A stretch of DNA of 64,000 bases from assembly GCA_051294905.1 (NCBI GenBank), contig CM119372.1, positions 35,652,001 through 35,716,000 on the forward strand, in the 5' to 3' direction. Both the position numbers and the translations under genes were made by a program. Shown here in pieces: positions 51,186-64,000 of this stretch (positions within the stretch are counted from its first letter, which is position 1; each line of letters begins with the position of its first letter). The DNA comes from Botryllus schlosseri. Its lineage: Eukaryota. Under the pieces are notes generated by a model. The model did not search any database. It saw nothing but the letters and a program-made list of their open reading frames with translations, and was not told the origin of the DNA.

Positions 51186-51479
51186 GTGACCTCGGACATG
51201 TACTAACTATCCACGGTGGAACGTAAGAAGCGCAAGGAGATTTTATTTTGTTGCAAGATATTCAACAAATATTACATGGATATTACAAGATCGTTCTGGT
51301 GCGGCCATCCTTCAGGAACGCCCGTCTTAAAGCAAGGGTCACAAAGGTAGATTTTGAGTCGCCACGGCATCAGAGCGAACAGCTGAGATGTGTGTAATAT
51401 TTGTTGATTTTTTTCAAGAAATTTCCTAGCCCTCGCGCGATTTTCAGAGGGATGGCTTTGCACAACAAAAATCACGATG

Positions 51480-52270
51480 TTGCTTACCATAAGCAATAAG
51501 ATAAGCGAGACACGCAGAAAGTATGGCTTGATCATGTAAATGTATCGACCTTTGTAATACACAAATTGGTTTGAATTCATGACAAGATTTGTCCGGCTGG
51601 TTTTTCTGGAAATCACCGTCGAAGACCGTTGGGATGCATTAGTGTAGAGATGTGCAACTAACGTGTGAAGGCCTATGAGACACATTCATTTCGAGGCTAA
51701 CCCCTTCCGCCTCGGGACACAAGAAGACGTAAAGATTTCGCCATCATATCGCTGGAAAAGTGCGGTGTCAAAAAGATGAGCGGCGAGAAAACCGTGGCCA
51801 ATAATGGCCGTCGCGAATTGGCCAAGACTTTCTATATTGTTATACTCGGTCGTTGAAATGGTCGGCAGTCGTTGCCAAATAGTCACGTCCTCAGAATCTG
51901 AGTTAATAGTAGGAGTAATGCAAATGCGTCGCTTGGAGGAAGAAAATTCTGCCAATTGGAAATTGTGTGCGTCAAACATGCTTCGGGGAGCTGTGTTGCG
52001 TACAATTGTTGTTGGCGCGTTCTTTATGTCATGCACCCCGTAAAATCCAAGCATACTAATGTTAAAAAGGCATTCTTTTTGATGTGTGAGGCTTGGCTCG
52101 CGATATGCCACTACAACCTTTGCATCTGTCAGAAAGCATTTGCTATGCACTCGCGGAAAAAAACGGTGCATTCTGGATAGGAGTGTTGGATGGTTCTTAT
52201 GAAGACCTATGGCCATCCAAGCACTAGGCATTCTCGTACAAAATCTAACAACGTATTTGGCCGAAAATAA
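51480..52270 (-). pseudogene. Degenerate coding-like segment of unknown family
   Basis: 236-codon ORF with a GC-richer core, followed by broken frames that end at a GTAAGC donor near 51487. No confident family. Confidence 0.4.
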
Positions 52271-52798
52271 TTTTAGTGCAATATAGTTTAAATAAAAAGG
52301 AGGAAATAGAATTGTCTTTTTAAAGAGATACTTGATGGTGTAAACCGATAGCCTACTTGTTGAACACCCGGACAAAATATTTATAATTATCTTCATTTAC
52401 TTTTTGTACAGCCATTTTCGGTTGACTTGTAAGAATTAATTTTTTTTTCGTCAAAAAAGTGGGAATGGCGCTTAAAACTGTTTAAAAGCACCACCGTAGT
52501 CGTACAACAGGCTTCAAACACGTCAGCATGAGAGTTACCTCCGAAATAAACGAGTCAAACCCGATCCACCGGCGTTCCACACAATTTACTGTATATAGCA
52601 GGGGTAACCAACAAATGGCTAGCGAGGTCACATTTTTCGGTCCGCGACCTGATTTGAAATTTCGGAAGAACGCATAGTAAAGCGTTTTGAAATCCTGAAA
52701 TTGATTTCATTTTAAACATATAGTTGTTGTTGTTGTTCAAAGTAAGCTATTCTCCTGTGCTCAATATCACTATTCATCACTAGCTAACCTGGATAGTC

Positions 52799-53939
52799 CA
52801 GGGGTGGCCAATCTGCGGCCGTAGAAGGAAACTTATGCGACCGTCGACACTTAATTCGATTAAGATGTGTTGGCGGCCGTCAATATGCAAATTGTATTTA
52901 CGAATTGACTCCGTAATTAATGAGAAGTTTGAATTATTCTTTGAATTTTCTTCGCGCAGTGCGCGGTTCAGTGGGAGACGATTTTCGATTTTAGTATAGT
53001 AGTATCCTTTGTAATCTGAGCCCCACAGTACATATGGGAAAAGCAGAGAAAAATAATACGCCCCATAAAGAAATACCAATTTGTAACCGAGTTCTCCTCA
53101 TCACGAAATTAATTTGTTTCTGGTATAGGCCTACATTTGGGCGAATCCAATATAATCCACTCTACCGACAATCCTGAAAAAGGTCACGAAATCATAGCAT
53201 GCAACAAATGGGACTAATAATAATTGGTCCACCCAAAGATGCAACACAGAATTAATAACTTCCTTAAATTTTCGAAAAAACCCTCTGCCTCAACTCTACC
53301 GGTGGATCTGAAAATATGGGCAGAGAAATGATAACAATATGATAGCAATATATGAAAGTATACTAATATTAATGACGAAATTCAGTCATGAATATAAAAA
53401 ATTGCGCGCTTTGCGCGACTACAGAACGGGTCCGTGCAGTCATTCAAAACATCACTACTCACGATTTCCGTGCGCATAGTAGATTAGTTCTGAGTTCATT
53501 GGCAATGGACAATTGGACGTGTACTGTTTAACGTGGGTATTTGGCATCCAGTTAGTTCATTACGACTATGGACTGACCGTAGGCTACACAAGTAATGAAA
53601 ATGCGGACGTGAGTAGTAAACAAGTTGACCACCTCTTCTTTAGTTGCTGCAGAATGTTGTCAGGTATCGTGCGCAGCTCATAGTGCAAAATAGATTGAAA
53701 GTGATGATGATGATGTTTTTTGTTGTATTTGTATTTCTTCAATGAAATATTATTTATATTATGGTAACCATGCCCGTTGTCCATGCTAGAGAGTACAGCA
53801 TTGTACTGACGTATAGTTATCAAAACTTGGGTGGTAAACTGCGTTGCCTATTTTTATTTCGATTTTAAAGTCATGTGGCCCACGGCCTCTATAAATTTTG
53901 AAAAGTGCCCCGTGACCTGTTTTGAGTTGGCGACCCCTG
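52799..53939. mobile_element. hAT MITE or composite element
   Basis: Termini CAGGGGTGGCCAA...TTGGCGACCCCTG. 5' part matches 18168 and 19318; 3' part matches 4700-4861. Confidence 0.75.
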
Positions 53940-54533
53940 GTGTAGACCGTCCCTGATTGCAATTAGCAGCATTTGACTGGGCCGCTGACCGATGCTAATG
54001 CTTTTGGAACTGCGAATTTGGAATCAGTAAAAAGTTAGAATCAATCCAAACGAAGTTTGTTCGCATCTATTAGTAAATCTAATCAGTACAATATTACACC
54101 ACAACAATGCGATTCAATGAAAAGATAAGGGATGAGCAAATATTGCTCAGTGAGTTCAACATGGCGTATTTACGGGGTCGTCTCAAATACCGAAACATGA
54201 GATCAACATCGCTATCAAAATAATGATGACCTGAGATTCATTGAGCATCGCATCTCGGAATACTCGAGTTCCCTTAAGGCGGGGGGGGGGACTTTTGAGC
54301 TCGCGGGCCGCATTCAACATCTGAATCTATACGTGGGCCGCACTAAAATTGGGATTATAAACCAAAACGCAATATTGGTATTTGATTATATAGTGAGGGC
54401 ATGGATATAATATATATGCTTATTTAAAACAAATCAAACAGTGCTTTGATGATATCGTACACGCGTCAGAAACCGTGGCGAGATTTCATAGTCTGGGCGA
54501 CCTCATTAACCAATTTGTCAAATATGTAGACAT

Positions 54534-54665
54534 GGTGGCGAGATGGCGCGGTGGTATAATCCGCGGCTGCAACGCTTGTGGGCGCGGGTTCGAGTCCAAC
54601 CAAGACTTAAGATCATATGTTCTGGAGGTTTATCTAGGCTGCTTCGACACCTCATCCGCGTAAGT
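54534..54665 (+). mobile_element. tRNA-derived SINE head fragment
   Basis: A-box TGGCGCGGTGG, B-box GGTTCGAGTCC (54587-54597), then GGAGGTTTATCT as in the SINE family. Confidence 0.7.
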
Positions 54666-55250
54666 GGTGTCTTTCAAAAGTCTAGAAGTGCATGGGCCGT
54701 GCTATAAGTCGGCATTTACGGAAAAATTGAAGAATATCGGACTTGTGTAAATGACCATAGTAGACTACAAACACCATGAATACTACAAAAACAAAAATAA
54801 AGCTATAGAGATGAAAGTCGGTTGTCCCGGTTCTTAGAATAGGATTGAAATTTAAATCTGTGAGCACTGAGCAGCGATCTGTTCATATATTCACTAATTC
54901 CACTTTTGGTTCAGTTCCAGGACACGCAATATGCTGACAGCATCATAACCATGTTCACTTCAAACACGCTTCTACTATGTGTAAAAAAATATACATCCCT
55001 AATTCTACGCATACAGAGAACAAATCTACTTATGGCACGTGCGAGTCGTTTTCATGAGCACATCACTGAAATAATTAAAACTGGAGTGGCCAATCTGAAA
55101 TCAAACTCGTGATCCGAATTATGTCAATCTCGTTTATGATTTTCGTGATGTTTAGCAGCAGTACCCTTTCAAACTGCGTGGGCCTTGAGATCAGGCTGTC
55201 GCGCCAGAAATTAAACATAAAAAATATTATAGGAAATATTTACCTTAGAA

Positions 55251-55525
55251 CAGTGGTTCTCAAACTTTTTAAGAAGCGCCCCCCTTATAATGGTGAAAGA
55301 TTTCGCGCCCCCTTATCGTCATATCACAAAACGCAACCAGGATGCTAGCCAACCTAACGGACAGTTCGATGGCTTGCAAGGTTACGAGTGTGGATGAGAG
55401 ATTTTTAAATATGAAATTCAAACTAAATACTGAGCAATAATTATGAATTTAATGTAAATCGCGCAGAGCGAGAAAAAAATTCTCAGTTGAGCTCAGCTTC
55501 GCGCCCCCCAGTTTGAGAACCACTG
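55251..55525. mobile_element. Short hAT MITE (nested)
   Basis: TIR CAGTGGTTCTCAAAC, perfect TSD CCTTAGAA. Confidence 0.92.
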
Positions 55526-55696
55526 CCTTAGAATTATCGTGGTGAAATATACCAAGAAAAAGTTTAATCAAGTCCCTGCATTATTTCGATTTTTAGTACG
55601 CATTTTATCAATATTTTTAATTAAGTTTCTTTAGCCACTCGCGGGCCGCAAAGAACGGTGTTACGGGCCACAGTTTGCCCACCCCATGACTTAAGG

Positions 55697-56897
55697 CAGT
55701 GCTTCCCAACCTTTTTCCACCTACGTACCACTTTGAGGTTTCATGCAGTGCTCGCGCACCACTTAAGTTACGGTCGCCATAATAGGCGGTCAAAAATGCT
55801 TTCCCCAGTTATGACGTCATTATCACGTATTTGACCTATGTGGGGTGTAATAGCTAGGACGATTGTTTACCTAAAATCGGAGGATTTTGACCCAAAAAAA
55901 CCTAATTTTGACCAAGTCTTGGCCTCACGTATGTAAATTGGGTGTTTTTGCACATAATCTTAAAATTGTACTAATTATATTCATTTCAGGTTGGGACCTT
56001 CTTTTAGCGATATCTGGCCCTATGAAGAATTCAAGTAGTTACACCACGTATTGCGATATAGAGTTATTTAAATTTGTTGTAGTGCAACGTTAGATACTTT
56101 ACCACATTCTCGGGTAAAAAGTGTCTGTCCTTTCTAAGTAACCTGGCAAGAATGGAGAAAGAACGTTCAACAGCAGTAGTTTGTTGGCTGACAACACTCA
56201 AGTTGTGCGTACACTGCTGGTGACACATTATGTTACTTCATTCTGACAATGTTGCGTACATAACAATTTTTCATCTTGCTCTTCTTGATATAAGAACCAT
56301 GCAATGCCCAAGCAGTCTTGCATCAGTTAGGATATTGCGGTACGTTTACCAGAACAGCATGTCAATTGTCAACCTATTTGTTTCGTTTGACCTTTTATGA
56401 TTCTCGATGAGAGCTTCCTTGAGGTACAGAACTTCACGATTAGATTCACGATGACCAGACAATAGGCCGTCTACAACGGTAGGCCTATAAAGTAGGCTAA
56501 AAGCTGTAAAATAGCAAATGATAAGTTCACCGACAGCGCAAAATCTACGATACAAACGAAATGGAGGGGTCAAAAATATTTTGTCTTTGTAGACAATTCT
56601 GACAATTTTTTGACCTAACACTTCAATTTTGACAAAATCTTGACTCATTTTAACATGTCAAAAAAATCGCCCTAGTAATAACAAATTCTATTAAACTATG
56701 CATTATCAGCTAGGTTGATGGGATGCATGGAATTGTTTTTCACCACTAGTCAAAAAACTTGGAAAATTCAAAATCAACCCACCTGAACAAATAATAACTC
56801 CCTTCGGTCGAAAAAAAAAACAGAATCTACTCGCGTACCACCTGGAAGACCTTCGCGTACCACTAGTGGTACGTGTAGCAAAGGTTGGGAACCACTG
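55697..56897. mobile_element. hAT MITE (5195 family, inverted)
   Basis: Termini CAGTGCTTCCCAACC...GGTTGGGAACCACTG; flanked by ACTTAAGG/CCTCAAGG. Confidence 0.88.
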
Positions 56898-56903
56898 CCT
56901 CAA

Positions 56904-57752
56904 GGGAACTAGCAACCCAAAAACCTAAATTTCGGATGGCTACCACCATCACCATGAAATATTCACAGTTGGTAGATGTCACTATGCTGTAAACAAAAAC
57001 CAAAAATTCTTGGTCTACCCAGCAGATTGTGTATTTTTTTGGATTTCAAGGACAGAAAATGCACCGACACGGATAATGCAAAATCTCGATATTGTGAAGC
57101 CCCTTTACTGACCTAACGCCTTCTGTAGGGCGTACTAGGACAGTGATGTGCTATGCTAAAATTCCAAGGATTATGTGCAACCCATCTCAAAGAAATTTCA
57201 TTTCGAAATTTAAAAATTAGAAAATCCTAATTTTGGTCATCAATTTGCTGCAAGTTTACTGTGCCGTTCTGTACCTCCTGAAATGGTAGACCTATGACTA
57301 AAAACTTGTAGCATAGCGTAGGTCTGAATCTCAGGTTTTCAAAAAACCTTGAGTGACACATTTACGACAAGTATTTCATACAAATTTTGGTTTACCGTGA
57401 TGCGACGTAACACAATTTTTCAATTTAGGAAACGACAATCAAACATTTGAAACATACAAAGTCAATGAACAAGTGTTACCGATGAAATGATAAGAATGAG
57501 TACCAGAATCCTAGAATGTCATCTGACAACAATCTAACAAATCAGTACCCGGAGATAATATAGATAGATATATCTTATAACAGGCAAACCATATATTTCA
57601 TATAGTTTCGTACGAAACGTGCGAACTTTTGGTTGGAACTTGAAACTTGGGTGAAATAAGGCCATGAGGTGACAGCAGAGAAACAATGTTACTGGTTCCT
57701 ATCGAAAAAAAAAAATTGGAAATTTTGATTATTTTTTGGGTTGCTAGTCCCC
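56904..57752. mobile_element. Kolobok-like MITE (TTAA-type site, purine termini)
   Basis: Termini GGGAACTAGCAACCCAAAAA and TTTTTGGGTTGCTAGTCCCC; TCAA on the left, TTAA on the right. Confidence 0.72.
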
Positions 57753-58363
57753 TTAATGTAAATGTCATAAGAATGACGTGGCATCTCTGAAAGTCGACAA
57801 AATGAGTCGTAAGTTGTAGTTCGCTCGCCAGAGGAATTTAGACATTCTACAGTAGGATATCGAACAAATAATCTCGGAATGCGTTGTGAAGACAACATCC
57901 CCAAACTTATTTGTTCTCATAATGTGGAATTCACACTGGTGCGACAAATGATATCAACTATATCCTGGGAAATATACTACACTGTATTTTACCTGCCTGG
58001 CAATATATTTTCTGTTTATGGTCCCAGATTTCAGTGCTGAAAGTATTCAATTTGGAATGTATATTACCATCGTTTTCACGGGGCTCTCTCAATATATAGT
58101 TCCAGCTTATCAGTGCCATATTCAATTTTACTTTATCAGCAATTTCATCATCCAAAATTCATCACAGGTACTTGGAAAAGTCATCATTCTCCTTTCAGAC
58201 ATGCCTGTAGCACGATTGTGATAGAAGTGTCGAAAAGATTCCATGGCTTTTATTGTGGTCTGAATTGACCAATATTTGGCGTGTAGCTTTATTTCAGGTA
58301 ACCTGGCGATTTTATCTCGCCACCGGTGCGAGTACGACGATTATGATCGGAAAGGGAGTTTAA

Positions 58364-58853
58364 AGAGGCACTGCGCTCTAAAAATGATGTGGTCTCAAAT
58401 TGAAGATAAAAACGAACAAAAATTTTTGGCCATTGTCATTTCCTTCAGAACGCCACCGTAATGGAGCTGCAATTTATTGAAATTTCTACAAGACCAGCTG
58501 TCGCGGTTGCTTAACCCGTTACATGGCAATATATTTCCACCGTCGCACTTGCTCGACGCGATTAGGCAGTCACGCAGAGAACGAATTTTAGATAGTTGTC
58601 AGCCGATGTTTTGAAGGAAATGTGTATAACTTTCGTTCTCTGCGTGACTGCCTTATCGCGTCAAGCAAGTGCAACGATGAAGACATCGTGCCATGTAACG
58701 GGTTAAGCAGCCGCTGCAGCTGGTCTTGTAGAAATTTCAATAAAATGCAGCTCCATTACGGTGGTGTTCTGAAGGAAACGGCCGCGACCAAAAATTTTTG
58801 TTCGTTTTTATTTTCAATTTGAGACCACATAATTTTTAGAGCGCAGTGCCCCT
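58364..58853. mobile_element. Kolobok-like foldback MITE
   Basis: TTAA on both sides (58360-58363 and 58854-58857). Imperfect ~225-bp inverted arms starting AG(A/G)GGCACTGCGCTCTAAAAAT, ~40-bp spacer. Confidence 0.85.
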
Positions 58854-61800
58854 TTAAGTATTGTGCTAGCTTCTGTTTGTACGTGGTTGAACGTTGAAGT
58901 GAGGCAAAGTTGCAAGATAACAAAAATAATTCGCGAACGTGTGAAGCAACAAATCTTTCGAAACATATCAAGACACATTCATATATGATTGTTGTAATTA
59001 GATTAGACTATTTTCACGAAACATTGTCGCCCCGAGTTTGACGGCTTTGATGGGGATGGATATGCGCATGTGAGTTTTCTGTTCATGCTCTTAGACGTAC
59101 TGTTGATTGAAAATCAATGTTCCAGTTATCACAAAATGTAGGCTTTTGCCAGCATGGAACGTGCCAGTGGTGAAGCGGTGGTAATATTATGTGAACAGCG
59201 ATTACTTTTGACATGGATTGTGCAAGGCAATATTGCAATTTTCGATTGAGCTATTGCAGGTGCAAACAAGTCCGTCAATTCAGAAGCAGTGTTGTAGCAG
59301 TGGGGTAATTACTGAATAACTTCCGTGAATTATAATGGAACGTATACTGCTATCGGCATGCGATATGCACCAACTGCAGGCAACTCGTATTCGCGTGAGG
59401 CAGTAACAAGAATTCCTGTTTCAATCGAGTAACCGAATCTGTTCGCGATACGCAGTGTCGGTCCCGCCAATGTTGATTGACTTGGTTCATTGAAAGTTAT
59501 TGAGTAGCTGCCGACGTCCTTCCTTGAATGATTCTGATTAATGTTTCCTTCTAGATTGAACATGCTATCGCCGATCGTTTATTGTGAATTCACATCAACT
59601 GAGCCCTTGGTGATTCTGTTTTGCCCAGGCCTATATTCATACCCGCCTTTCCCGGCATCGAAATTAAGTTGCTTCATCCTGAATGTATATTTGCGTCTAT
59701 ATTTTCTTTCATAATAATCCTATTTTATGCACAAAATTCTCTGCGTATCTTCTATTAGTTTAAGTTAAAAATGATGGCTCGAAATGCGTTTTCAAATTGT
59801 CGGGCGCTGCAATATGTTATTGATGCGGTACTTGATCTATGATGCCTCTTTGCATTTGTGGCCGCATCATGTGGCGTGAATATTTTGTACTTGAATCGCA
59901 ATAATAAATACATATTCAATAATTCTGTGTTTTAATTTAGCGACTAAATTACAGTCTATAATCATCCATCCGATTTCGTTGGGTATCGATTCAACACACT
60001 CCATACCACGAGACTCGCGCAAAATATGGCAAATCCTAGCAATGGTGGAAACAAGTCACTACGTTCGAGTCCTATAGGTCAAGTCGAATCATTGAAAAAG
60101 CACTCGATCTTCAGAGGGGACTCGAGTCAAGTCGACATAGCGAAGTATGTGGAATGATACAAGTCAGTGCATTTTGCGAGATAATATACTTGCAGACAAT
60201 TCCCGCTAAGATGTGCGCGTGCGCGGCCGTGCACTGCTGACCGAAGTCGCCGATTAGCATACATAGATAGTCCATTAGACATGATTCTGCCTGCGTCTAT
60301 AATCGCCAGCGCGGGATTCAGACTGTCGCGCAGAAACATGAGCTGCTGTCGCGTCGCTGGCCAATATCACTCGTGAATTTGATGTACCGGACATCGCACG
60401 CCCCGAAATCTTAGATTGTACGATACCTGGATATATCAAAGAGAATAGCAGACATGGCGAAGCCCGTATGACCATCCATTTTTAATGTACCCCTTTATTC
60501 CTGGTCTACGCGGAGAAACGAACTGCATCGGACGTGACATCCAAAATTACGAATTCAAATTACAAACAATGCGATAGATATCCGCGTTCTTAATTGGTAA
60601 GTAGCTTTCTAATAGAGGTGTTGAGCCAGGTTATATTACTCCGAAGACTCTGGGAATTGAGAAGTTGATCAATATTTAGATTTTCGGAATCAGTGTGACA
60701 ATTTCGTTCAACTAATATCCCTCATTATCAGTTTAAGCCATTTACGATGAATCGCGCTATAACAAGTGGGGCTTGAGCCGACTGTGCCTCACTTGTGCCT
60801 TACCTCTGCCGATACTTCCGAAAAACAGATGTGAAAATTGTGATATTTTTCCAGATAGAAATGTTCAAATGTTCATGAACAATTATGGAGTATTTGTTTG
60901 AAAATTTATGCCACTTTTTCAAAAAAATGTCGCGCTCGGTGCGCGATTTAATAGTGCCGAATATCTCTATCATTGGGTACCCTTCCCCCACGAAAATACG
61001 TAGATTTTATAGAAATGGAGACTTCGGCGTCGGCCATTACTGCGCGTCGACGCACCAATACATATGAAGTTATAGGCCATGTAACATGCGACTCCGAGCA
61101 GTGTGCCAGAATGATCAGCAGCGAGAAGAGCTTGCTGAGAAGGAATGCCCTTGTTCTGTCCGATAACTTCGATATATATACAATATACATACATGTTTAA
61201 TTGTCCAGGCGGCTAAATGGCTGGCGCCGAATGTTACTGTCCTGGCGATCTGAACCCCACAGGACAAATGAGATCCCTCAGGGAAAAATTATTTGCCGGT
61301 AATGCAATACCAATTTGAAATCGTGTGTGCCTTTCAGTTTTGGCGATTTCCAAATCGTTTGACATAGCATATATAGGAGGTCACGAAATAGCATAATCTA
61401 ACGAGGGCAATATACCAACGGGTCTGCCCGAAGAGGTTCAATACTTAGTTCGGGTCTTATCTTTTCCAGGGCACCGCACTCAGCTCTACCGGTAAATCTG
61501 ATTACGTGAGCAGAAAGGGGATAAAAATTGATAGCAAAATATATGCAATTCCCGATCATATTGACCGATTCAAACATGAATTATATAAATTTTTTGCGCT
61601 TCGCGCGTTTAGTCGTTATAAGGCGACGCACTGAACAGTAAACCCAATATAGCTGATAAGTGACGGGGAAGCGAACAGGCTCAGGGTGATTGAGGCGGTT
61701 CTGGGGGGCTTTGTTTGGTGTATCACCATGTGGGGGGCCCAAGAGCAAAGTTTTTCTGGGGGGGAGGGGCTGACGAAGTGCTGTTACGGTGTTGGTGGGG

Positions 61801-63619
61801 AATGAAGGCTCGGAATAAATCTTAAGTGGGGAATGAAGACAAAAAGGTTGGGAACCACTGATCTAGCGTTCACTAATGATTAATGATTATTGCGACGCTG
61901 GAATAGGATATTTCGGCGAAAAGCATTTCGCAGCTGGTCGGTCTTCACGTCGGTCGGTCTTTACGTCTAACCGATTGATTGTTATTATTTTGATTGGCTA
62001 ATTTAATTGTCGCGGCGTCCGTTCTCGTTTCCTTTATATGTCACTGTTCCTGTTATGTTACATTTCTCGCCAATCGACTTCTATATCGGACGAGCAAGCA
62101 ATCTTGCGATCTCGCCATTTATGTATCTTCATATTTGAACAAGCTGCCCCGTATTTTCGTTTGGACTGCTTGTATTTGACTACAGAAGAGAGTTAATACG
62201 CAACGGTTCGACTAGTCCGAGTCAGATTTAGTGTGCAGCAGACAGGATCCGACACCTGAAAAACCGCCACTCATTGACTTCAGTGCCGCGTTGGAACAAT
62301 GATAATTGGAATTTTCTTTTAGCGGCAATTTCATGACACTGGCTTTCGTGGTCCCGGTTTTATATTTGAGACCAAATCATATTTAGAGCGCGTGACCCCC
62401 ATATCTATAAAATGCGCGTGAATAGCTTAGATTCACACTTTCACTGTTGCCTACATCTGTTTAAAATCGAAATGGTAATTGTTTGATGCTTCGTAAAAAT
62501 AGCATATCGCTCTCACTGAAATACATTGAAAAAGAAGTAACTTGCAAGAAATCGATATGTAACTCAAGTTTCACATGCTCAAGTAAGCCAACCGGCATGA
62601 TTGGTATGAGTTTTCACAGAGAAACTACGGCTCACGTGACGAATCAAATGGTGACTTTGGATTAGTGCTGTGATGACGCCACGACTTTCCAATTGTGACG
62701 TACTTGAAGAGTTTCTTGGATGTACAGAATATGAATATATACCATTGAATAGCATATCCATGTTGAAATGAAGCTGAATATTTTCGGCTGACACTTGTCA
62801 GGGGGGATCGTTATCAATTAGTAGAGAATTCAAAAGAACATCGTATATCAACAATCGTATCACAAAATATAACGTCACCAGCATGAAATTTCGAATTAGA
62901 GAGCATTCAATGTACCATAGTTAGATGGTACACGAACTTCTTTTGTTCGCACAGCCTTAGCTGGCTTTACTAGTTTTTGACGATTACCCCTGACTAGTGA
63001 CAATCGAACGTATTCCGGTTCATTTCAATATTAATATAATGATTTATTGTGACGTACCAGTTGATTGATATTTATGGTTTTTGCCAGTGGCGGCTCGTCC
63101 TATAGGGCAACTGGGGCATTGCCCCACCTAAAATTCTGTTCAATACCAGTTCTTTACCGTTTAAAGACGCACAGCAATCTATATATACCGAAATCACAGA
63201 AAAAATCGTATTCTTCTTGTCCTTTCGCTTGTAAATGCCCGTATATAGCGAAGTCTCTGCGAAAATCGAATTCTCTTCCGTGTTTTCGCTTTGCGAATGC
63301 CTAGCTGGGGCATGCCCCGGTAGCGCTCATAACCAGCTTTCACTGTCTATTCTCTCAAAGCCGCGCACAATAAAGAAACAGTGATTTACTCTCTCCTATT
63401 CATAAAATTACCGAGCAGCCGGGGCAACATAGCCTGGTTGCCCTTAAGGTGTGATGTAACAATCGTATCTATATCTGAACTCGGTTACCGTCATATGCGT
63501 TTAGTCGACCTTTGCTGGTATAGGTCGATTTTGATGGTGTTTCACACCATGATAATTCTTGAAACTTGGTATGTCATGTCGTGATGGTGGTATTTAACAC
63601 TGTCCCAAGTTTCAGGGTT

Positions 63620-64000
63620 TCTACTTAAAGTTTAGGGTAGTAATTCCGTTTCCGAAGTTGAGTGTGTGCTGATCCGTCATGTATCGCAAACAGATTTTAC
63701 TCAAAAGCCGGTATTGGTATCCATTGATTTTGACGATGTTCCATACCGAGATCGGTCATGACATTAGGTACGGTAAGTCTTAATGTTAGTATCGAACGCT
63801 GTACGAAGTTTCAAGTTTGTCACTGTACTGTGTTAGTGGTAATTTCGTTTCCTAAGTCGAGTGAGAGCTGACTCGTCATTTATCGCAAACATATTTTACG
63901 CAAAGCCGGTATTGGTCTCCATTGATTTTACCGATGCTCCTTACCTAGATCCGTCATGAGCTTTTGCATGGTATGTCTTGATTTTAGTATCGAACGCTGT
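63620..64000. repeat. Diverged tandem repeat with a ~200-bp period, running off the window end
   Basis: TCGCAAACA.ATTTTAC.CAAA(A)GCCGGTATTGGT.TCCATTGATTTT at 63684 and 63883; TTAGTATCGAACGCTGT at 63786 and 63984. Confidence 0.8.

Larger units (their letters stand above)
54280..55688. mobile_element. hAT MITE (10244 family) with a nested SINE fragment and a nested MITE
   Basis: Colinear with 10244-11105; flanked by CCTTAAGG/ACTTAAGG. Confidence 0.8.

Noticed and set aside
51272..52396. TGA readthrough (selenoprotein) joining two abutting in-frame ORFs
   Set aside because: No SECIS or redox motif identified; an alternative frame looks more protein-like after the stop, favouring decay or chance.

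Overview
AT-rich animal (invertebrate, possibly ascidian-like; not verifiable here) genomic DNA dominated by transposable elements. The one clearly intact gene is a 7-exon, + strand secreted lectin (CDS 29800-41217, 314 aa): a signal peptide plus three tandem SUEL/Gal_Lectin (rhamnose-binding lectin) domains, each encoded by a pair of exons. Relics of extra lectin domains lie at ~16.1 kb and ~34.3 kb. An uncharacterised ~300-codon ORF or terminal exon with a C-terminal transmembrane segment lies at 8423-9340. Mobile DNA includes a full-length but decayed piggyBac (1205-3406), a pogo/Tigger relic, CR1/L2-group LINE fragments, a tRNA-derived SINE family, and many hAT, Tc1/pogo and Kolobok-like MITEs, often nested and with readable target-site duplications (TSDs). 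The most unusual object is a 460-bp foldback element (33329-33788) with AGTAGTAGT termini and a 6-bp TSD, the signature of Polinton/Maverick ends, sitting 28 nt upstream of a lectin exon. Scattered degenerate minus-strand exon-like segments suggest a decayed adhesion-GPCR-like gene (inference only). All coordinates and translations were read by eye.
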